DNA from: an uncultured SAR86 cluster bacterium
GTDB taxonomy: Bacteria > Pseudomonadota > Gammaproteobacteria > Magnimaribacterales > D2472
Direction of reading: 5' to 3'
NCBI GenBank assembly: GCA_902591925.1
Contig: CACJCN010000003.1
Coordinates: 145,825-209,824 of the forward strand
Length of the DNA: 64,000 nt
How positions within the stretch are numbered: position 1 is the stretch's first letter; the number at the start of each line of letters is the position of its first letter. Positions 57,758 through 64,000 of the stretch are shown piece after piece. A program made the translations under genes and the position numbers. A model generated the notes under the pieces. That model made no database searches. It was not told the DNA's origin and was given only the letters and a program-made list of their open reading frames with translations.

Positions 57758-59434
57758 ATGAACAATTATGATTTTATTATTTTAGGCGCTGGATCTGCAG
57801 GATGTGTCCTAGCGAATAGATTAAGCGAAAATCCAAAAAATAATGTGTGCCTAATTGAGGCTGGCTCGAAAGACAATGACATTAGAATCCATGTGCCAAT
57901 TGGTTTTGCGTTTTTTGGTAAGAATAATCCCGTCAGTTGGAATTATGAAACTGTGCCACAAAAAGAATTTGAGAAAGAGTTAGTTGCTCAGCCAGTGCAA
58001 GAAGTTGTTGATTCTGCTGGCGGGACTCATAAAGTTGAAGCAGAATCACTGGAGCATAGAAAAGGTTTTCAACCAAGAGGTAAAACTTTAGGAGGCTCAA
58101 GCTCTATAAATGCAATGTTATATGTGAGAGGCCACAAGTGGGATTATGATCACTGGTCACAATTAGGAAATGAAGGCTGGTCATATGAAGAAATTCTTCC
58201 TTACTTCAAAAAAGCTGAACATAATGAAATGTTTGATAATAATTATCATGGTCAAGACGGTCCACTAAATGTATCAAAGATTCGTCATGAAAATAAACCT
58301 GTCAAGGATTTTGTTAAAAGTGGATCTGAGATTTTTGGATTTAATGAAGATTTTAATGGAGAAGAACAAGAAGGTATTGGGTTTTATCAATGTACACAAA
58401 AGGATGGAAAAAGATGCAGTGCTGCAAAAGCATACTTAGTTCCTTGTTTGGATAGAGATAACTTAACTATCTTAACTGATACAAATGTGAACAAAATTGT
58501 TATTGAGAATAAAAAAGCAGTGGGTGTCGAATGTATTGATAAAGATGGCAATTACTTTATTTTAAAAGCAAACAAAGAAGTTATTCTTTCATCTGGAGCA
58601 TTTGGATCTCCTCAAATCATGCTCAGATCAGGAGTTGGCCCAAGAGACGAGATTAATAAACATGGGATAAAACACTTACATGAACTTCCAGGTGTTGGTA
58701 AAAATTTACAAGATCATATTGACTATCTAACCGTGCACAGATATGACTCTATTGAATTAATTGGAATGTCGCTTAAATCAATTTTGTTCAAATTTCCAAT
58801 AGAAATTTTAAAATATATTTTCGCAAAAGTTGGTCTTTTCACTTCAACTGTTGCTGAAGCAGGCGGTTTTATTAAATCAAAAGATGGTATTCAAATACCT
58901 GATATACAACTCCATTTTCTTCCTGCGATGGTCGTTGATCATGGCAGAACTCAGTTATGGGGTCATGGATTAGGTTGCCATATGTGTTTATTAAGACCAA
59001 AATCAAGAGGTGAGGTTACTCTAAAGTCATCAGATCCATTTGATGATCCTAATATTGATCCAAAATTCTTATCCCATCCTGATGACATGAAAGACATGAT
59101 AAAGGGATATAAAAAAATGATGAAAATTATGAACTCAAATTCATTTTCAAAATATACAGGGGATACTTTAAGGCCAATTAACATAGACGATGATAGAGAA
59201 ATAGAGCAAGCAATTAGAGAGGAAGCAGATACAGTTTATCATCCTGTTGGCACTTGCAAGATGGGGTCTGATGATATGTCGGTTGTTGACAGTAATTTAA
59301 AAGTCCATGGTATAGAGAGTTTAAGAGTTGTTGATGCTTCAATAATGCCAACCCTGATTGGAGGAAATACTAATGCTCCAACGATCATGATTGGTGAAAA
59401 AGCATCAGATATGATCTTGAATGACTGGAAATAG
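57758..59434 (+). CDS. GMC-family FAD oxidoreductase (choline/alcohol dehydrogenase-like)
   Basis: YDFIILGAGSAGCVLANRLSE, GKTLGGSSSINAM and a C-terminal HPVGTCKMG...VVDASIMP. Confidence 0.92.
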   Translation: MNNYDFIILGAGSAGCVLANRLSENPKNNVCLIEAGSKDNDIRIHVPIGFAFFGKNNPVSWNYETVPQKEFEKELVAQPVQEVVDSAGGTHKVEAESLEHRKGFQPRGKTLGGSSSINAMLYVRGHKWDYDHWSQLGNEGWSYEEILPYFKKAEHNEMFDNNYHGQDGPLNVSKIRHENKPVKDFVKSGSEIFGFNEDFNGEEQEGIGFYQCTQKDGKRCSAAKAYLVPCLDRDNLTILTDTNVNKIVIENKKAVGVECIDKDGNYFILKANKEVILSSGAFGSPQIMLRSGVGPRDEINKHGIKHLHELPGVGKNLQDHIDYLTVHRYDSIELIGMSLKSILFKFPIEILKYIFAKVGLFTSTVAEAGGFIKSKDGIQIPDIQLHFLPAMVVDHGRTQLWGHGLGCHMCLLRPKSRGEVTLKSSDPFDDPNIDPKFLSHPDDMKDMIKGYKKMMKIMNSNSFSKYTGDTLRPINIDDDREIEQAIREEADTVYHPVGTCKMGSDDMSVVDSNLKVHGIESLRVVDASIMPTLIGGNTNAPTIMIGEKASDMILNDWK

Positions 59435-59440
59435 AAAAAA

Positions 59441-59758
59441 TTGAAAGCATTTTACATTTTTATAATATTTTTTAGTTTAGGCATCATTTCAGATGAATAT
59501 TTAATTATAGATGTTAGAACCAAGGAAGAGTTCCAATCTGGACATATTGAAAACGCATCAAATATACAATGGCAAAATATTTCAATAATTCAAGAAAAAA
59601 TAACAAAAGATAAAAAAATATATTTATATTGCAGGAGTGGTAATAGGTCACAAAAAGCAACCGATATCCTAATTAAGCTTGGTTATGAAGATGTCTTAAA
59701 TATAGGTGGACTAAAAGAAGCTGCAATTTTATTAGATAAAAAAATAGTAAATGATTAA
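59441..59758 (+). CDS. Rhodanese-domain protein with signal-like N-terminus
   Basis: 105 aa with active-site loop YCRSGNRS. TTG start; there is no in-frame ATG near the N-terminus. Confidence 0.78.
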   Translation: MKAFYIFIIFFSLGIISDEYLIIDVRTKEEFQSGHIENASNIQWQNISIIQEKITKDKKIYLYCRSGNRSQKATDILIKLGYEDVLNIGGLKEAAILLDKKIVND

Positions 59759-60674
59759 TTTTTTTAATTATTTGCCTAATTTTAATTCAAAAAAAATAAT
59801 TTGTTTTGATGGCGGCGGTGTTAGGACTATAGCCTCATTAGTGTTCTTAAAAAAGTTTGAAGCAGAAACTGGAAAAAAAATTTCAGATATTTTCGATATG
59901 TTTATTGGAACAAGTGCAGGGGCATTTAATGCAGCATGCTTCGCATATGGTGGATTTTCAGCAGATAAGATCAAGCGATATTGGGATAGAGGATACTTGG
60001 ATAAAATAATGAAAAGTTCTTTTTTTTGGGATAAAGCTTCATTAATACAAGCAAGACCAAGATATGAGAGTGAGGGAAGACTTCAACTTTTAGATGAAGT
60101 TTTTAAAAATAGTACAATTAAAGATTCAAACAAACCATTCCTATGTTATGCATATGATATTGAAAATCGCTCTCATAAAATTTTTGATTCTCATAATACT
60201 CCAGAGGTCACTTTCAAGGATGCTATTGCAGCATCAAGTGCTGCTCCAATGTATTTCCCTTCATATAAAATGAAGGATGATTCTTGGATGATTGATGGAA
60301 GTATTGTCACCAATAATCCTACTTTAATAGGTTATCAATATTCTAAAAAAATCCTTGATACAAAAAATATAAAAATATTAAGTATTGGCGCGGGACAAAA
60401 TAAAATAAAAATTGAAGGAGAAAACTCAACTAACTGGGGAGGTGTTGGTTGGTTGAGAAATGACATAATGGGAATGATGTTAGACTCAGAAATACATAAC
60501 CAGATTGCATTCAGTTTTTTTGAAAATAATTATTTAAGGATTAATTCTCCACTTGGTAAAGTTAATAAAATGCTTGATGACAGCTCAGATGAGAATCTTG
60601 AGAAAATTCATCTTATGGGCATGGAATGGTGGTCTGATTTTGGTGATGAAACAATCCAGTTTCTCGAGATATAA
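59751..60674 (+). CDS. Patatin-like phospholipase
   Basis: Oxyanion GGGVRT, nucleophile GTSAG and catalytic Asp IDGS. 8-nt overlap with the rhodanese gene. Confidence 0.9.
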   Translation: MINFFNYLPNFNSKKIICFDGGGVRTIASLVFLKKFEAETGKKISDIFDMFIGTSAGAFNAACFAYGGFSADKIKRYWDRGYLDKIMKSSFFWDKASLIQARPRYESEGRLQLLDEVFKNSTIKDSNKPFLCYAYDIENRSHKIFDSHNTPEVTFKDAIAASSAAPMYFPSYKMKDDSWMIDGSIVTNNPTLIGYQYSKKILDTKNIKILSIGAGQNKIKIEGENSTNWGGVGWLRNDIMGMMLDSEIHNQIAFSFFENNYLRINSPLGKVNKMLDDSSDENLEKIHLMGMEWWSDFGDETIQFLEI

Positions 60675-60730
60675 GTTTTTCATATATATATATACTGCTT
60701 CAAACATAAATATTAAATATATCTTTTATC

Positions 60731-60759
60731 TTGACATTAATATGATGAAAACGTCTAAT
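60731..60759 (+). promoter_or_regulatory. Sigma-70-type promoter of the TonB-dependent receptor gene
   Basis: TTGACA (60731-60736), a 17-nt spacer, then TCTAAT (60754-60759), 40 nt upstream of the GTG start. Confidence 0.45.
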
Positions 60760-60772
60760 GTTAATCATTGTA
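60754..60772 (+). promoter_or_regulatory. Fur-box-like sequence overlapping the -10 element
   Basis: tctaatgttaatcattgta versus GATAATGATAATCATTATC, about 14/19 matches, with a 12/13 core AATGtTAATCATT. Confidence 0.3.
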
Positions 60773-60799
60773 AAGTATCCAAATACCTAGGGGGTAAAT

Positions 60800-63700
60800 G
60801 TGAATAAGTATTTTTTATCATTATTATTAATGTTGCCATTATCTTTCGTTATTTTTGCTCAAGATAATGAATCTGAAGATGATATTGAAGAGGTTGTTGT
60901 AACTGGAATTAAATCAAGTCTTAAAGATGCCATTGAGATTAAAAGAAATAATGTTGGTGTCGTAGATGCATTAACGGCTGAGGATTTAGGTAAGTTTCCA
61001 GATGGAAACCTTGCTGAGGCTTTATCAAGATTAGTCGGTGTTACAACTGAGAGGTCAAATGATGAAGGTACTAAAGTATCTGTCAGAGGGTTAGGTCCTG
61101 AATTTAACATGGTAACTTTAAATGGAAGAACTATGCCAACAGTTCCCCCTCAATACGGTGGCGGAAGATCTTTCAATTTTGGAGACATATCTGGTCATGG
61201 TGTAGCTGCTGTTGAAGTCTATAAATCTGCAAATGCTGTACTGCCAACAGGCGGTCTTGGTTCTACTATTAATATGGTTACAGCCAAGCCAATTGGAGCA
61301 GATGATGGAGGCGCGGTAAGCTTTAGATTGAATCAACATTCAAAAAATGTGAATGGAGACGATTTTACTCCTGAGTTAGATTTTATTTATATTACAAATG
61401 GTGAATATGGAGGAAATAAATGGGGATTTTCAATTTCAGGATCTCATCAAGAACGACATAATAGAGAAGAAGGTACCAATGAGATTACTTGGTTGCCAAG
61501 TGATGTAAGAGGTGGAACTGTTCCATCTAGTGCTGTCATAACCTCATCAAATGAGAGAGCTGACGGAGTGTATTTTTATCCAGAATCACTTGCGTATAAA
61601 TTTAAAGATAATCAAAGTGAAAGAGACAATCTTCAAACAGCATTTCAATACGAGTGGTCAAATGGTTTAGTTATGACAATTGACTATACTGCGTCAAGTA
61701 CAAGTTTTGATTTTACAGGTATTACAACAGGTTCATATTTTGCTGGTTGGAACACAACCCAAATGACAATTAACGAAAAAGGCGCTGTCATTAGTGGTAC
61801 AGCTGAGGCACCAGGTGACGGAGATAGTTTTCAAAATGATTTTGAATACGGAAATTCTTCAAATAATAATAAATCAATTGGTATTAATTTTGATTATCAG
61901 ATTAATGATAATTTAAATCTTACACTTGATTATCATGATTCTGTAGCTGGATTTAAAGGAACTCCAGGAGGAACTCAAAATAATATTCTTCAGTTTTCTA
62001 ATGGTGCTTGGCAAGGCTGGGGATGGTGGCCTGTTCAGGAGGCTTCAGGTTATTTGAGAGCAAGATCTTTTGACTTCAGTAATCAGGTTGGTGCACTTAC
62101 ATGGGAGATGGACAAAAGTTTTCAAGGAACTCCAATTAATGTTACTCAATTTGATGGAAGTGATATGGGTCCAAGACAAGCATTCCTAAATTATCAAGAC
62201 AGAGATAGTGATCTTAATCAACTTCAATTAATTGGTACATGGGATAATAATGATGGAATTTTTATGGAATCGTTATCGTCCATTGAGTTTGGTGTATCAC
62301 AGATGGATACTACTTTCTCTAATCAAAAGTGGTTTAATCAACTTATCAACGGAAAAATAGCTGATGGTAATCCAGTGATGATGACATATGCTTTCATGCC
62401 AGATGATGTTTGGACAACCGTCAATGCTCCAGATTATCTTGGATCAGGAACTCAATTTTATTATTTAAACATATCAAAAGCTGATGCTTTATATTGGTTT
62501 GGTGCAGCTGGTTTTGTTGGAGATTTTTCTTCAGGTGATGGAACATGGTGGAATAACAGCAATACTCCATATACTTGGCCAGCAGAGTGTTTAGCAAATG
62601 ATGCTTTTGATGCTGATGGTAACCCCAATGGATTGGGTTCAAATGTTGGTTACGATGGAAACAGAACTTCAACACGAGGAGTTGTTGATGGTTGCTTTGG
62701 TGAAAGAGATTCTAATGGAATAATTACTGAAGAACTTAATTCGATATTTGTTAACTTTAATTTTGATGCAGAAATGAATGGAATGCCAGTTAGAGCACAA
62801 ATAGGATTAAGGTATGAGGATGAAGAAAGAGCCTCTACAGCAACAACTACTGTGCCAACTAATACTGCTTGGAGTCTCGGAGCATTCGTTTATGGAAATA
62901 AAGTTGGTGTCATAACTGAACCGACAGTTTATACAGGAATTGGTGATTCTGACTATTTATTACCTAATATAAATGTTTCAGTTGATGTAAATGAGGATAC
63001 TGTTGTAAGAACGTCATTAAGTAAAACTATTGCAAGACCGGACCTTGAGCAATTAGATTCAACCGTAAGTGTTGGAGCATTTGATCCAAGATATCCATTG
63101 ACTTTGGGTACAGGCAATCCAAATCTACAACCATACGAGTCAATAAATTTAGATTTGGCATATGAATTTTATTATGCTGAAGGCAGTTATTTTGCACTTA
63201 ATTATTTTAGAAAAGAAATTAAAGATTATCATGGTGCTGGTCTTAATAGTGGTCCTTTCAATGGTGTAAGAGATGTCACTAGAGGTCCAAGAGGTGAATT
63301 GATTGTGCCTGAAAATGATGATGCTCTTTGTCAATGGACTGCACCTCAAGGTTATTGGGCTTGTGGGTGGTCTAATGCATACGATTGGGCTTGGCTTGTA
63401 AATACTGGATTTTCATTTGGATGTAATGGATCTACAGATTGTATTCCTGATCCAAATACTGGAAATGCAATATTCATAGGTAATTCAGATGATCCTTTTT
63501 ATATTTTTAATTTAGCTCAACCAGTTAATAAATATGATGGAACCTTGGATGGTTTTGAGGTTGCAATACAACATCTTTTTGACAACAATTTTGGTGTACT
63601 AGCTAATGCAACATTTGTTGGTGGAGATACTGATGCAGATCCTGCGGCGCTTGGTGAGCAGTTTGCACTTCCAGGGTTTGGTGATGCAGCTAATTTATCA

Positions 63701-63979
63701 GTTTTCTATGAAGATGATAAATGGAGAACAAGGCTTTCAGTAAATTATAAAGGCGAAACATATGCTGGTTCTGATCAATATAATCCTTTATATGTTGTTG
63801 AGAGAGCTCAAGTTGACTTTAATACAACTTATATAGTTTCTGAAAACGCGCAACTTTTCTTTGAAGCAATTAACATTACAGATGAAGAAGTTGAACTTTA
63901 TTCTAGATATAAAGAAATGACATTTTTATATCAAGATCATGGGCCAATTGTTAAAGCTGGTTTTAGAGTAAGCTTTTAA
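60800..63979 (+). CDS. TonB-dependent outer-membrane receptor (large, 1059 aa)
   Basis: Signal peptide, TonB-box-like EEVVVTG, plug-domain motifs (DALTAEDLGKFPDGNLAEALSRLVGV) and a C-terminal aromatic residue (...GFRVSF). Confidence 0.93.
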   Translation: MNKYFLSLLLMLPLSFVIFAQDNESEDDIEEVVVTGIKSSLKDAIEIKRNNVGVVDALTAEDLGKFPDGNLAEALSRLVGVTTERSNDEGTKVSVRGLGPEFNMVTLNGRTMPTVPPQYGGGRSFNFGDISGHGVAAVEVYKSANAVLPTGGLGSTINMVTAKPIGADDGGAVSFRLNQHSKNVNGDDFTPELDFIYITNGEYGGNKWGFSISGSHQERHNREEGTNEITWLPSDVRGGTVPSSAVITSSNERADGVYFYPESLAYKFKDNQSERDNLQTAFQYEWSNGLVMTIDYTASSTSFDFTGITTGSYFAGWNTTQMTINEKGAVISGTAEAPGDGDSFQNDFEYGNSSNNNKSIGINFDYQINDNLNLTLDYHDSVAGFKGTPGGTQNNILQFSNGAWQGWGWWPVQEASGYLRARSFDFSNQVGALTWEMDKSFQGTPINVTQFDGSDMGPRQAFLNYQDRDSDLNQLQLIGTWDNNDGIFMESLSSIEFGVSQMDTTFSNQKWFNQLINGKIADGNPVMMTYAFMPDDVWTTVNAPDYLGSGTQFYYLNISKADALYWFGAAGFVGDFSSGDGTWWNNSNTPYTWPAECLANDAFDADGNPNGLGSNVGYDGNRTSTRGVVDGCFGERDSNGIITEELNSIFVNFNFDAEMNGMPVRAQIGLRYEDEERASTATTTVPTNTAWSLGAFVYGNKVGVITEPTVYTGIGDSDYLLPNINVSVDVNEDTVVRTSLSKTIARPDLEQLDSTVSVGAFDPRYPLTLGTGNPNLQPYESINLDLAYEFYYAEGSYFALNYFRKEIKDYHGAGLNSGPFNGVRDVTRGPRGELIVPENDDALCQWTAPQGYWACGWSNAYDWAWLVNTGFSFGCNGSTDCIPDPNTGNAIFIGNSDDPFYIFNLAQPVNKYDGTLDGFEVAIQHLFDNNFGVLANATFVGGDTDADPAALGEQFALPGFGDAANLSVFYEDDKWRTRLSVNYKGETYAGSDQYNPLYVVERAQVDFNTTYIVSENAQLFFEAINITDEEVELYSRYKEMTFLYQDHGPIVKAGFRVSF

Positions 63980-64000
63980 TTAGTAATATATTAAATTAAA

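Noticed and set aside
59751-60674. Patatin as the effector of a CBASS-like or other anti-phage system.
   Set aside because: There is no cyclase/nucleotidyltransferase, sensor, NTPase or other defence-associated partner nearby. The neighbours are metabolic enzymes and a TonB-dependent receptor.
60553-60807. 84-aa ORF spanning the patatin 3' end and the receptor promoter region.
   Set aside because: It overlaps a well-supported gene in another frame and then runs through an AT-rich promoter region. It has no SD and no plausible protein features.

Overview
This 64-kb window is a very AT-rich, tightly packed piece of gammaproteobacterial chromosome. Gene content and order are Pseudomonas/E. coli-like, and the low GC, extreme compaction and large TonB-dependent receptor fit a streamlined marine lineage such as SAR86; that taxonomic call is inference only. 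About 70 protein genes and 2 tRNAs can be supported. Most belong to conserved housekeeping blocks: groES-groEL; ypjD-yfjD / rpsP-rimM-trmD-rplS; xerD-dsbC-hom-thrC-prfB-lysS; mdh; nrdA-nrdB; glpK; serA; ung; ygfZ/sdhE; rpoE-rseA-degP-lepA-lepB-rnc-era-recO-acpS-adk-tsaB-uppP-rsmJ; tRNA-Leu/queA-tgt-yajC-secD-secF; and suhB/trmJ-tRNA-Glu. Downstream of tRNA-Glu (about 49.3-64 kb) the content turns accessory. It holds small NTF2/SnoaL/ABM-fold proteins, lipoproteins, an RRM RNA-binding protein, alanine dehydrogenase, a secreted amidase, several oxidoreductases, a rhodanese-patatin pair and a 1059-aa TonB-dependent receptor. No mobile elements, CRISPR arrays, rRNA genes or recognisable defence systems were found. 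The most unusual observations are: (1) ribosomal proteins bL19 and bS16, in the same operon, carry long in-frame low-complexity extensions, and the bL19 extension starts with an FtsY-like membrane-targeting motif; (2) a tight cluster of three DnaA boxes lies just upstream of ung, and a textbook NrdR/DnaA-box arrangement lies upstream of nrdA; (3) a 632-aa lipoprotein combines a poly-Gly tether, a cadherin-like domain and an apparent type-1 copper (cupredoxin) site; (4) uppP has a start-codon/frame anomaly. All family assignments come from reading motifs and synteny by eye. No database search was run.
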